A stretch of 64,000 bases of DNA from Hyaloraphidium curvatum SAG 235-1 (Eukaryota > Fungi > Monoblepharomycota), in the NCBI GenBank assembly GCA_025558095.1, contig JAIVFI010000017.1, positions 496,001 to 560,000 on the forward strand, in the 5' to 3' direction. The notes beneath the pieces were generated by a model that saw nothing but the letters and a program-made list of their open reading frames with translations, was not told the DNA's origin and ran no database searches. Positions 36,512 through 48,733 of the stretch are shown here, in pieces; position 1 is the first letter of the stretch; the number at the start of each line of letters is the position of its first letter. The translations under genes and the position numbers were made by a program.

Positions 36512-37838
36512 TCACTGCGCGGCGGCCGCCACGGACTTGGCGACCTCGACCTCCGCAGCGGCCGGAGGCTCCTCCTTCTTCCCGATCTCAAGGTGGGTGA
36601 TGGGGTCGCGCGTGCTGTTCCACTCCTTGAGCCAGCGGGGGTAGGAGGGCGAGATCGTGCCAAACAGCTTGTCGAAGCCGATGACGCCGGCGTTGATCGA
36701 GTCTGCGAGGAAGCAAGGCGTCAGTATCACCGGCAGGCAAAGGTGAAGGCCAATCCGCACAGTTGCCATCGAACTTGCGGTCTGGCGAACGAACGGGCGT
36801 AAGTAGGGACCAGCCAGAGCTGCGAACGATGTACGCACGGTGGTAGTCATGGAAGCGAACGTCCGGAATGAAAGGAATGTCGTCTGAAAACCAAGTCAGC
36901 AACGACGCCGTTGAGCTGGGGAAAAGGACGTACATCCGCAGTGCACCATGGTGCCGTGCAGGTTCCGCCAGGCGAGGAAAGACCAGAAAGTGACCGGGTG
37001 GCCGCCGATCATCGGGGGAGGCATGAGGACGGGCACGTTGCTGAAGATGACGTCGATCGGGTCCGCATAGAGATTGGCGAGTGAAAAAGGAGTCCTGTTC
37101 TCGTGGTGGCGCTGCGAGGGTGTCAGATGGGACACGAGATGGGCAGGACGACCGCGGGCACCTTATGGATCCACTTGTAGAGCCACGGGTGGTGGAAGAG
37201 CCGGTGCATGGCGTAGAACATGAACTCCGCCATGATCTCGCTGATTATGAACTCGACGATGAAGCGGAGGACAGAGGGCATTTTCTGAAACGCGGAAGAA
37301 TGGTGAGCGAGCACTGACCATAGAGCAGGTAGAATCTTACGTAAAAGTCCCTCTCCCGGACGCCCTTCCTCCACATCGGGTAGACAAACTTCTTCTGCAC
37401 ATAGCCGATAACATAGTACTGGGTGACGTAGGAGACCACGAAAGTCTTGAGCACGTGCAGGAGCGACGGCGGCGGGTTCTCCTTCTGCAGCCTGTACCGC
37501 ATGAGCGCCCGCGGCTGAATGAAGTCGAGGAGGGTGAACGCAAGCGTCGGACCTGCAAGGTGTGAGCCGCCGACGCGCAACAGAGCATAGAGCTACTAAC
37601 CCCAAAACGTGGGCTCCGAAATGGTGCCCCCGACGCCGTAGAACAGCCGCTTCGCGAGCTTCTCGGTGTCGGGGGTCGATTTCCCGATGCTTTCGTACCA
37701 GCGCCGTCCCCGTTCCGATTTAATGAAGGCGACGGTGGCTGCCATGATCGTGGCCGGGAAGACGAGCTCCTTCCAGTCGGGCAGAATGGGGTGCTCCACC
37801 CGTTCCTCGCGGTCGTCGAGCTTCGAGGCGGCCACCAT
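36512..37838 (-). CDS. Fatty acid hydroxylase/sterol desaturase superfamily protein (FAXDC2/Erg25-like), multi-exon
   Basis: FYAMHRLFH, YKWIHK|RHHE, HCG, FHDYH His boxes, DKLFGT. Confidence 0.85.
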
Positions 37839-38416
37839 TGTGCTCCTTCAGGTGGGGTTCGCGGGGGGAGATCCGGTGCGACTCAGGCGCTCCTCGCCGC
37901 GCTCAGCGGGCTCCCAAGAGGCCACCCAATGAGCGTCCGCGGGCAAAACAAGCAGTCCGCGGGCGTCGCGAAGGGGGCGAGGTGCGGCCTTGGCCGCCGG
38001 GAGCGCACGTTGAATCGGCGGAGCAATGGCTTCGGTGCCCTTGCGGCAAATTCTTCAGTTGTCTCCCACATCCTCTCCCGCGTCCTTTCCCGAGGCAAAC
38101 TATTCAGAAACTCAGCGACCATAACAAGCGCATCCCCTTCCGCAGCACTGGACGCTGCGGGGGATCTGGTGCCTATTGAAGTGTCCCGCGTGGTTTCATT
38201 CCGGCCCCTTCCTGGCGAGATGCTAGCTTCCTTCTTCCCCTTCACGCTGTCCCCGCAGGCATACATCCTTTGCATGCCCATGTCTCCGCTTTCCATCCGT
38301 CCATCCAATCCCGGTGAAGAACCTCAATGCACCCGAACGGTCGTCGTGAGGAACTTCACCTGCATCGCCGTCCTTATTGCGGGCAAAAGATCAACAAAAG
38401 TCCAACCATAAGTGCC

Positions 38417-38917
38417 TCAACTGCTGGTGGTCGCCACCGCAGCACGTGCCTTGGCCTCTTCCATGAACTGCAGCGGACTTTCCGGTTCCGAGCTATGCTG
38501 CTTGAAGGCCAAGGCTTTGATCCGCCATCGTCCATCGTCGCCCTTTTGCAGCTTCATGGAATACGATCCGATGGTGGTCCAGACACGGTCCTCCGTGCCG
38601 CCGTCCTCGGGCGGCAATACATGGGTCGCCGTAACGCCCGCGCGCAAAGCAGCAGTCCCCGCGGCTGCGTCGGCGTCCAGGAACGTGATTTCGACGTCGT
38701 GCCGCGTCGAAAGGAAGCCGGCCATCATTCCGCTCCACGCGGCCATGTTGGCCTCGCGCGGCAGGTCCTTGAAAGGTTCGCCGCCGACAATCGCCGTGTA
38801 GTCGGCGTCGAAGACGGGGCAGAAGCTGTCCAGGCAAGTCTGCCACTCCCGTCCGTCCAGGGCAGAAAAGTAGCGCGCGAGGGCATTTCTGACGGCGGTT
38901 TCCGCGGCAGCTGCCAT
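38417..38917 (-). CDS. SnoaL/NTF2-like protein, intronless
   Basis: LARYFSALDGREW..F..DYT, TRH, ATH, GSYSMKLQK..GRWRI. Confidence 0.8.
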   Translation of the reverse strand: MAAAAETAVRNALARYFSALDGREWQTCLDSFCPVFDADYTAIVGGEPFKDLPREANMAAWSGMMAGFLSTRHDVEITFLDADAAAGTAALRAGVTATHVLPPEDGGTEDRVWTTIGSYSMKLQKGDDGRWRIKALAFKQHSSEPESPLQFMEEAKARAAVATTSS

Positions 38918-39247
38918 AGTGGAAACGCGTCGGTAGCAATTGGGATTTGGAGCGCGCTCGCCGAAACGATGCCGGTCCTTGTCGCCCAAATCCTTGGCTT
39001 CTTCTTTCGCGAAAGCAAGGCTATTTTCAATCTTTCACATCGCCAACACATATTTTCTAGTAGCACTGGACACTGCGGGGATGCGGGGGATTGGATTCCA
39101 ACCAAAGTCGTTCTCACTCCTGCAGATCTCGCTCGCCTCGCTGCCTACGTTCCACGCTGGCCTTCTTCTGCTGTCCTTTTAACCTTTATGTACACCGTTT
39201 TCAAAGTTCAGCTATTTCATCCTTCCATCCAATCCCAGAAGAGCCCC

Positions 39248-41106
39248 TCAACGCACCCGGACCGTTTTAGTCACGACCTTCACCCGCGTCGCCGTCCTCG
39301 TGCGAGTGGTCGTCGATTTGGCCACCGTCTTCGTCGTCGTCTTGTAGATTGTGGTGGTCGCGGATCCGACCTGCACCGTCGTCGTGACCTCGACGGTCTG
39401 CTGCACCGTGACGGTCGAAACCACGGGAGGCAGCTGCAGGGTCTCGGTACTCGTCACGGCAGGGAGCTGGATCGTGGTGGTGGAAAAGACTGTGACCGGC
39501 GCGCATCCGACGGGGGGAGTGGTCGCGGTGGGAGAGGGAGGCGCTGCCGTCGTGGATGCCCGGAAGGTCGAGGTGCGAGGTGCGGTCGAAGAGGCAGCAC
39601 CGGGCGACGTCTTTGCCGTCAAAGTCCGGCTCGCGCTCGCCGTCCTGCTCTTCGTCGCCGTGCGCGACCGCGTGCTCGTCTGGCTGCGGGTCCGGGTGCT
39701 CTGCGAGGCAAGCCCGACGACCTGCGCGCGGAACCCGGCGATCTCGGCGGCGACGTTGTTGAGCGAGCGCGCATTGTCGGCGCCCGCGCGGCCGGTGGCG
39801 CGGTTGTTGTAGTTGACGTTGGGGTTGGACCAGTGCGCGACGGTGGGGCAGTTGACGAGGTCGCAGTCGTAGGCCCTGCGGATGCGCGTCAGCACGCGAA
39901 GCGGCGCACGGCCATGCATCCCGCAAGCTCACATGATGGTTCTGAAGCTAAACTGTCCCTCGACGTGCTGGTAGCCGTACGAATACGCGAACGCGCCCGG
40001 CGCCCCGCCCGCGTTGGCCTGGTCGTGGTCGCACCCCATGTTGTGCCCGCACTCGTGGGCCAAGGTGAAGTCGGCGATGCATTCCGCGCTGCTGACGGCG
40101 AATCCGTAGTCGTCGTTGCTGGCCGAGCCCGGGTCGGTGAGGATCCAGCCTTTCCCACAGTACGCATCGTCGTTGATGTACAGATGCACGAGGTCCGCGC
40201 CGTACTCGTTGCGCAGGGCATGCACGCTGTCCATGTAGCCGTCGTTGGTCCCCGTCAGGTCGTCCAGGGCGTAACGGAAGTCGTCCCAGTCGTAGTTGAC
40301 CTGCGCCACGTGCACGAGCCGGAACCTGATGTTCACCAGGCTGTTCCTGAAGGCATCGTTGGCGAGCTCGATGTCGTGCTCGTAGATCAGCCGCGGGTTG
40401 GCGGCGCCCCACGCGCGCGCCGAGGCGGGGGTGTAGAGGCCGAGGACGTCGACGGTGTAGATGCCGTCGGGGCCCGGGAGGGCCTGGCGCCGGCTGAGCC
40501 TGGGCTCGCCGCCGGTGCGATTCGAAGCGGGGGGCCTTTCGGGGTGCGCGAAGCTGGGCTTGGCGGTAAGGTTGACCTGCTTTATGCGGTGCACGCCGGG
40601 AGCTTCGGGGAGGATCTGGTGGCCGAGGTCAGACCGGCAGCACAGTCTTGCAGACGAGCCAATACCTTGAAGGTTCCGGAGGCCGTGATGATTGTGCCGA
40701 CAATGTCGCCGGCCGGAGAGGCGGTCAGAGAGACGTAACCGGTGCCGTTCACATCCAAGTCCCCGAACCAGGTAGTCATCTCGTCGGACTCAACGACCTG
40801 CGACCGCACCGCGGAGAAGGTTGCGTCGTTGAAGAGCGGCAGCGCGATCCGCTCGGGCCCGCCGGCGGCGAGCAGGCTGGGGTTTGCCCCGACGCGGCGC
40901 TCGCGCGCGGCGAACCGGTCCGGCCGGGCGTCGGGGAGCGCGTCCATGGGCGGGAGGTCGGAGAACAGGGAGGGAGGCCCGGCGGCGCGCGCGTTGCCGG
41001 CCAGGAGGAGCGCGGGGAGGAGCACCGCCAGGGCGGAAGCTCGGAACGAGAAGCTGCGCGCGCCGGGGCGGATCGCGGCGGATCCCGCGAAGCGGCGGGC
41101 GGGCAT
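39248..41106 (-). CDS. Secreted metzincin protease (reprolysin-like/peptidyl-Asp metallopeptidase type) with a Thr-rich tail, 3 exons
   Basis: Signal peptide, LRNEYGADLV, HECGHNMGCDHD (HExxHxxGxxH), Met-turn FRTIM, WSNP. Confidence 0.85.
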
Positions 41107-42226
41107 CGCGGAGACTTGTGGGGAGAGCCTTAGCAAGCTGATGCGTTGGATTCCGACGTCGAAACGGTTCGCCGGAGAGTCAAAGGTTGGTTTGAGGACG
41201 TCTGGGTGTCAGCCGCCTGCCGCACGGATCCTATCGCGCGGCAAGCACAGCATCCTCAGGGATCGCGGAGGCTCGCTTACGTTCGGAAAGCGATCCACCA
41301 CTTCGAATCCGTACATTGAAGAGCCAGAGTTGGCGTTGATGCCGCTGATGGAGGGAGAATGTGCTCGCAGTCCCGCTTTGATCCGCCCTTACCTTGGACA
41401 ATGCATCCGTTCGGTGCGGGCTGTGTCGGTCGGACCTCCGACCTCCGACCTCCGACTGGCCGACCGGCCGCACCGGTGAGGTTGCCGCTGCCGCTTGCCG
41501 CTCGGTTCCTGAAAGTCCGAACCGAGCATGACGTCGGCGCTCCGAGGCACCGCCCGGCCTTCTCGAGCTCGGCCGTCGACGCAGAGCTGGATCCGATGCC
41601 TCCGTTTAGATCCGCAACGCTGCGGCTCGACCTGCCGATTGGTGAGGCTGCGAACAGCCGCCCGTGCTGCTCGGGCGGTGGTCGGATCCGCTTGCGCTCG
41701 AAGATTCGTCCCCGCGTCGCAGCTGCATACCATCTCGAACAACGACCAGCGTTGTACACCATCTTTCTCATGCGAAAGCTGCGAAGCACGGTCGAAATCT
41801 TCTCACATTCTTGTCGTCATCTGCCCACTGGCAGAAGGCTCTCCTTAGCCGAAACGTGAGCGGCGCCATCCCCATCAAGCTGCCTCCAGACCCCCGGCGA
41901 TCCTCGAGGAAGCCTTCGAAGAAGAAGGATACGCGCTTTATGCGGCGAGATTCGGCGTCGCGGTGTGTGCAGCCATCTATCTGGCCAGGTGCCCGTTGCG
42001 CAATGTGGCGAACCGTCTGTTCAGGCACACTCCAAACTCCGCGACGCCACCTGCACGCGGGGGAGCCCTCCGCGCGCCGTCCCGCTGCCGAATCCCGCGC
42101 AGCCGGCGCTCCCGCGTCGCGCGCACCCGCGAGGCGCCTCCGCCGCGGTCGGTGCGGGCGCGAGGGGCGGGCAACTCCGCGCGCGTGACCGCCGCGCGAC
42201 ACCCAAACACCCCGCGCGGCGCCCGA

Positions 42227-44065
42227 ATGGCAGAAGCGGGCACTCCCGCCGAGGGCGCCACGCCGCCGGACGCGCCCCGCCGCCGCCGGCTGTCCCCGGC
42301 CGCGCTGCCGAGCGAGGTGCTGCTCCAGGTGTTCAAGTGGCTGCCCGCGAAGGACGTGGTCTCGGTGTCGCTCGTGTGCCGCAAGTTCTACCGCTGCTCG
42401 GTCGACCCGAGCGTCTGGTTCGCGCTGTGCCAGGGCGGCACGGGCCGCGAGGGCGTGCGCGTGGAGCAGCGCCGCTTCGCGCCGCACGTCGACTGGCGCC
42501 TCGAGTTCCGCTGGCGCCACGGCAGGTGGCGCGTGTACGACATGAACCGCGAGAGCGGCAGCGTGGGGCACAAAGGAATCGGTGGGACTGGGTCCGGGCT
42601 GCCGCCGCCGTGGGGCTGACAGTTCTTTCCCAGTCTGGGACGTCCAGTACGACGAGGACACGGAAAAGGCCTTCACCGCAAGCGCCGACGGCACCATCAA
42701 GATCTTCTCGCTCCACCCGGTGTGGCACCCGTACCTGGAGGAGACCCAGGAGTTCCGCTGCGCGCAGACCATCCCGGCCTTCCACGGCCTCGCCACGCGC
42801 CTGGATCCCACCATTTTCGGGGCCTCGCTCGCGATCAGGAGGCTGAGCTCGAAGGCGTTGCTGAGCAGCTGGGAAGGTGGGTGGATTCCATTGGGCTGCA
42901 AGAATGCTTTTGACCCTCCCGTCTACCAGGTTACCTTCGCGTCCTCGACGTCGAGTACGGCAGATTCCTCGCCACCTGGCTCGCCCACGAAAAAACGGTA
43001 TCATCGACCTGGTCTGTCCGCCAGGCCGGGCTGCCAGCTTCTGCCGCCCCTTCCCTCGTGGCCACGGGCTCGGCCGACCGCACGATCCGCCTCTTTGATC
43101 TGCGCACCCCGCCCACGATGAGCAAGCCGTCGCCGTTCGCGAGCGCCGGGTCGGCGGCGCCGGCCAAGGCCGTCATGGAGTTCCGAAACCTCGAGGGGAC
43201 GGTGCTGTGCCTGGCCCAGCAGAGGGGCAACGACAATATGCTCGTCGCGGGCGGCCGCTTCAAGAGCATCTCCCTGTTTGACCTCAGGCAGCCCACCGGG
43301 TCGACGGCGGCCGACGTGGATCCCGCACCCCGCGCTCTGAAGCACCTCTTTGTCGGCGCCTACACGTACGCGCTCCTGCCGGACCCGCTGTTCCCCAACT
43401 GCATGTACTCGGGCAGCGGCGACCGCCGCGGCGCCATCCTCGACCGCTGGCGGCTCGACGAGACGACCCTGGCCTCACCCAGCGCCCACACCGGCCTCAT
43501 CTCCCGGCTCCGGGGCTCGCAGACCCCGCACCGCAGCTTCATCTCCGCCATCGCCGCGCGCGACGACCTCGCCTCGAGCACCGTCGGCGGCTCCATCGTC
43601 ACGGCCTCGTGGGACGGCGTGCTCAGCCTGTGGGACCCCGCGACCTCTTGCCAGCTCCCGCACCCCGAGGCGGGGGACAACGACCCCAAGGTCCGCCGCG
43701 CGATCGTGCAGGCCGGCTTCGACGCCAGTTCGCCGCACCCCCGCGGTCCCGCGCGCGCCTTGGCGCCCCCGCACGCGGCGCAGAGCGCCTCCTTCACCGG
43801 CCTCGCCCTCGGGCGCACCCGCATCCTCGCGTCCCATTTCGGCGGCGCGGCGTGCCTCGACCTGTCCCCGCGGTTCTTCCACCGCCAGGGCGGGGACGAG
43901 TACTCGTTCGACGGGCGGGACGTGTGGGAGGATCCGGAGGAGGACGAGTTCCGCGTCGCGGGGAGGGAGTGGCCCGCTTGGATGAGGCCCACGTGGGGGA
44001 TGAGGGGGATATTGGGGAGGATGGTGAACGGGCAGGGGGGGCACCCGCCGGCCGGGCATTCCTGA
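42227..44065 (+). CDS. F-box/WD40 repeat protein
   Basis: LPSEVLLQVFKWLPAKDVVSVSLVCRKF. WD motifs TASADGTIKIF, TGSADRTIRLFD, TASWDGVLSLWD. Confidence 0.88.
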
Positions 44066-44133
44066 CGGGTCGGGGAGCGTGGGAAGGAAGGAAGGTTTAG
44101 TCGAGCCAGCTCTACTGTATGCCTCTAGAATGA

Positions 44134-45281
44134 TCAAGCCAGGTCGAACATGATCTTGTTCACCACGCCGCCGTGCGCGTCGGTGCCCTTGGCGCACCAT
44201 TCGTAGCCCCGGGACACGTCCGCGAGCTTGATGTGGTGCGAGACTAGGGGTTTCAGGTCCACCTTGCCCGACTGGACGAGGGCGAGGGCACCGGGATAGT
44301 CGGACGGCTTTCCATAGTAGTATGCACTGCGGAGGTCGATTTCCTTGGGCACGAAGACGACTGCGACGGGGAATTGAGCGCCGGTGACGATGATCAGTCA
44401 ACGAACCCACGGTAGGGGAGAGAAACGGCCGGCCGTGCCACCCCGACCACCGTCACGACACCGCCAGGCCTGACTGCATGGAGCGCCGTTGCAAGGGTGC
44501 TCTCGTGCCCCGCGGCATCGATCACCACTTCCGGGAGCTCCCCTCCGAAATGCACCAGCGCCTTCGCGGCGGCGTCCGCGGGGACTTCGGCGCCCTCGGC
44601 CGTCGCGTCGGCGCCGAACCCCTTGGCTGTAGCCAGCCGCTGCTGGTTGACGTCCGTCACCACGATCCTCTTGGGACCGAACGTCCGCGCCGCCAGCAAC
44701 GCGAGCACGCCGATCGGCCCCGCGCCGACGATCAGCACGTTGTCCCCGGCCTTGACCCCCGCCCGTTTCACGGCGTGGAACGCGACGGCAAAGGGCTCGA
44801 CCATGGCGGCCTCCTCGAACGACACCCCGTCGCTGATCTTGTGGGCCAGGTTCGCGGGGTGCACGTGGAACGCTCGCAGCATGACGAGGGCCTTGCCGTC
44901 CCCGTATGGCGGCTTGAATCATGGACGTTAGACGGCAGAAGGCAAGCATTTCGGGCGGAACGTACCTCGAGCGCGACCCTGTCGCCCACCTTGAGCCCCT
45001 CCACGCCGTCCCCGACCTCCGCGACCACCCCGCTCCCTTCATGCCCCAGGCCAAAAGGCAACTCCATTCCCAAAAAAGCTAAGCTCCCGTAATCTTCGTT
45101 CCACATGTGAATGTCGCTGGAACGCGTCACTACGGCCGAGGCCGCGCGCCCGGGGTGTCCCCCACCTCCCGCAGATTCCGACGCGTTTCATCTCGACCAC
45201 GACCTGGCCGGGGCCGGCTTTCGGCCTGGCGACTTCGCCGACCCGCACGTCGCGTTTGCCGTAGCAGAGGACCGCCTCCAT
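44134..45281 (-). CDS. Zn-dependent MDR polyol dehydrogenase (sorbitol/xylitol DH-like), 4 exons
   Basis: GICG|SDIH, GHEGSGVV..VG..V, AMVEPFAV, GAGPIG. Confidence 0.88.
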
Positions 45282-45357
45282 GGTCGATTGGCTGTTTTCG
45301 CTTCGGCGGGTGGTTTGACGGTGGCAAAGGCGCAAGAGGCTATCGCCCAGACCCCGA

Positions 45358-46197
45358 CTATTTCTTCGGCGACCAGCGGTACACGCGTTCGGCAGTGCCA
45401 CCCATCAGCATGGCGCGCTCGCTCTCGGACAGCCGGTCCGTGGTGCGGAACGGCTCCACGCCCTGCTTGTAGTTCAGGAACTCCACGGCGCGCGTCCAAT
45501 CGGTGCCCCACATGCACCGCTCGAACCCGAAAGCGTGAAAGATCTTCCACAGCGGATCCCAGATATCGTCGTAAGGGTACGGTTCGCGCGAAAGCGTGCA
45601 GGCCCCGGTGATCTTGACGAAGACGTTGGGGTACTTCGCCAGGGCAAGCAGGTCCGGCAGGTTCCCCCACGGATCCTCGGGAGGGGGCGGCTCGAAGTGC
45701 TGCGTTAGTCCCAGATGATCAATGACAATCCGCGTCCGGGGGTTTCGAGCAGCCAACCCGTCCATCTGACGTAACCGGCCCCAGCACAGGACGTTCACGG
45801 GCAGGTCGTGCTCCGCGGCGGCTGCCAGCACCCTGTTGAGGCCCGGATCCGCCGGGTCCGTCGGCAAAGGATCCCGCAGCATGATTCTGATGCCAACCGC
45901 CCCCGGCGTGTCCTTCCATGCTCTCACTGTCTCTCCGACGGTGGGATCGGTGGGGTCCACGGGTTTCACCAAGCCGAACCGTCCCGGGTGCTTGCTCCAG
46001 ACCTGGAGCGCGTACTCTGCGTCGTACTTGTACATCGCAAAGGGCGACACGAGGATCGCGCCGTCCACGCCGACCGCGTCCATGGCGCGGACCTGGTCGT
46101 CGCCGTTGACCTCGGGCGGGCCGTGCAAAAACGCGTGCCACGGGCGGCCGGGATGGTCGCGCTCGTAGCAGTGCACCTGGGCGTCGATGATGGGCAT
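45358..46197 (-). CDS. Amidohydrolase-2 family protein (sugar/aromatic lactonase-like), intronless, bacterial type
   Basis: IIDAQVH, GVDGAILV, GAVGIR, VIDHLG, NVFVKITG, RCMWGTDW, GGTAERVY. Confidence 0.88.
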   Translation of the reverse strand: MPIIDAQVHCYERDHPGRPWHAFLHGPPEVNGDDQVRAMDAVGVDGAILVSPFAMYKYDAEYALQVWSKHPGRFGLVKPVDPTDPTVGETVRAWKDTPGAVGIRIMLRDPLPTDPADPGLNRVLAAAAEHDLPVNVLCWGRLRQMDGLAARNPRTRIVIDHLGLTQHFEPPPPEDPWGNLPDLLALAKYPNVFVKITGACTLSREPYPYDDIWDPLWKIFHAFGFERCMWGTDWTRAVEFLNYKQGVEPFRTTDRLSESERAMLMGGTAERVYRWSPKK

Positions 46198-46280
46198 CGC
46201 GACGCGAAGGAACTTCAAGTTGCGGTACGTCTGGAACAGACGCGATCGGCCGATCAGACCGAAGTTCCGAAGGACGAAGG

Positions 46281-47913
46281 ATGGCCCACCGCGAGGCAGA
46301 CGGCGAGGAGCACCTTTCGGACCGTAGAATCCCTCGGAGTCTTGCTTTTTCTCCGGAGGAATGGCTGGCTCTCTTCCCCGCGGCTCCTCCGCCCGGGCCC
46401 GACGCGTTCCGCCGGGCGGCCTCAAGCGTGCCACCCCCTGACGCCGACCCCGCCGACGAGGCACGCCAAGCGTCTCCGCTGACGCCACGCTCCTTCATTG
46501 CCGCGCTTTCCTTCTGCCGCCCGGCCGCGCTGATTTTTCGGGCCACATTGTTCGTGCGGCCTGCCGTCGCCCGGTTCAATGCCCTTTACCTGCTCGTCTC
46601 GCTTCCGCTGCCGGCCCTCATACCCCCCTTATGGCTTTTGAACGACGGCAGGTTTGCTGTGGTGCCACTTACTGTCGCAACCGTCCTGCGTGCCGTCTCA
46701 TGGATGACGATCTCCTTCGGCCTTCCCGCGGTCGAGGTTGTGCTTAAGGCGCGCCTGGCAAGGGCGGGCGAGAAGGAGGAGAATCCGAAGGGGTCCACGG
46801 TGCTCGATGGCCATCCGTGGGCAGTCTTTGCGCGGTGGAAGCAGCTGGCGGGACCTGACGGGCCCTGCAAGAAGAGCGCACCGTCCCCGGACTCGACGGC
46901 AGGCCGCAGTCGGCTGCTCTGCCACAAGGATCGGGACCCGCTGTGCCCTTGTCCCCGGCCGTCTTGCGCGGGCTCTCTTGCCGGAGCTGCCGCCGGCGAG
47001 TTTGTCTTCCTCAACGGGCTCCGAGTTACCTTCAATGTCTTCCTCATCCTTATTGCGACCTACTGGACAACACTTGTCACCTTCGGTTCGCAGTTTTGGG
47101 CTTCCCCTTGGGCGGTAGCTGGTGCCTTTTCTATCGCCGGGGTTGCTGTTGGGCAGATGATCGATTTCCTGGGGTTCGTAGCCCAGTACTTCTCCGGCGA
47201 GGCTGGCTGTGATGCTGCACCGCCGCGCCGTGAACCTGGCGCTGGAGGATCTTTTGGATCAGTTGCTCGGGGAGGGCAAAGAGAGCGATGATCCGGGTGA
47301 GGCGAAGCGGCCTTCACGGGCAGATGAATCCTACGTGTTGCTACACAACATACTGGCGCGTCATTGGGGGCAAAAGCGCGTTACCTCCTTCACGCAAGGT
47401 CTCGCGCTGCTTAATGTTGTCATTCTCATTTTCGGCTTGGTGATCATCATGGTTCGTGGACAGTCACGCTTCCAAAAGCGTGCTCAGTTGCTGACTTGGT
47501 CGTGAAACCCAACGCAGGCCACTGGGTCCTGCATCCTCTGGTCCCAGCTTGTGCTCGCCGCCTATACCTTTTTCCTGCTAGTCGTCGACCTCGTCCTCCT
47601 CTCAGTGCACAACGCCCAGATCGACGGCATCGTCTCGCAGTACCGCCGCGCACGCCAGGTGCTGCGCGAGGCCATGCTTGCCGACCCGCTCCCGCGCGCC
47701 GCGGATGCCATCGTGCGGCACGCCGAGGTGCTCGCCTCGTACGCCGACGCCGAGGTGTACCGCGCCAGGTTCCTCGGCTTCCCCGTTGGGTTCGGGGTCG
47801 TGCGGACGCTCGTGGTCACGGTCTTCACGGTCCTGATCGGGTTCTGGTCGGTGCTGCGGGGGTTGGGGATCTTTGTCACACTCGAGTCGGCGTGCCCGGT
47901 GCGGGCAGGATAA
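46281..47913 (+). CDS. 7-TM membrane protein, GR/7TM-ion-channel-like architecture (paralog 1), 3 exons
   Basis: About seven hydrophobic segments. CHKDRDPLCPCPRPSC loop. C-terminal ARFLGFPVGFGVVRTLVVTVFTVLIGFWSVL. Confidence 0.55.
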
Positions 47914-48076
47914 GCGGGATCGGCGCGGAGCCGACGGACATGCACACGTTTGACAAGCTCTCAACTTCGACACGCAACAGTAGTACGTACAAGTAGGAAT
48001 GACAATACAAGCAAGAAAGACATGCTTCACAATATGGTGCAGCTTCCGCTGCGGAAGCATTACAATCAGACGCATG

Positions 48077-48733
48077 CTATAGGAAGCCAAGACCGGCGCC
48101 GCGAACGAACCTGTTCGGCGCTGGCGGTTCACCTCGTGCAGCTCTGAGCATTTGCGTGGCCTGGCCCTCACTCTCCATCCACCGCGAAGGTTCCGATCGC
48201 CAGTCATTAGTACCATGGTAGTACCGGGCGCAGTCTGCGCATTTGACACGCCTTTGGGTCTCGGCACAGCAGCAGCAGCCGGTCTCGAAGGACGCGTCAT
48301 CATCGGTGTCCATTCCACGGTAAACAGACTCACGTTTTGGACCTCCATATCAGCGTCATGCACCCCCTGGCGACATCCGCCGAGGCCACCCGTGCCCCCC
48401 AAGCCAACCACCGCCGCGTTGTTGTTGTTATTGTTGTTGATGACGGTGGGAGCCCCGGGGATGACATTATTGATCACGAATGGCTGGGGGGTGGGAGCCG
48501 GCTGCGGAGGGTAATATCCCTGCTGCGACACTTCAGGGTAGTATCCTCCCTGGCCGTAACCGCTGATCGGCTTCAGAACGCCTGAAGGGGCCGGCGTGAG
48601 CCGTGACAGGCACGGTGCTCAGGGGAAAGAAGTGTTAAATACCGTCAACGTCGGCGTACGGAGACCCGTCCACCCAGATAACAGAAGTCCCAGAGCGCTG
48701 CATAGCTTTGTCGTACGAAGGGGGACTCGACAT
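48077..48733 (-). CDS. Small PPxY-containing Cys-rich protein (BRI3/LITAF-like)
   Basis: Spliced MSSPPSYDKAM..GYYPPQPAP..CRQGVH..|TGCCCCAETQRRVKCADC. The 3' end is uncertain. Confidence 0.5.

Noticed and set aside
41430-41465. Short tandem repeat (GACCTCC about x3)
   Set aside because: It is a simple microsatellite-like repeat with no spacers and no cas genes, so not CRISPR.
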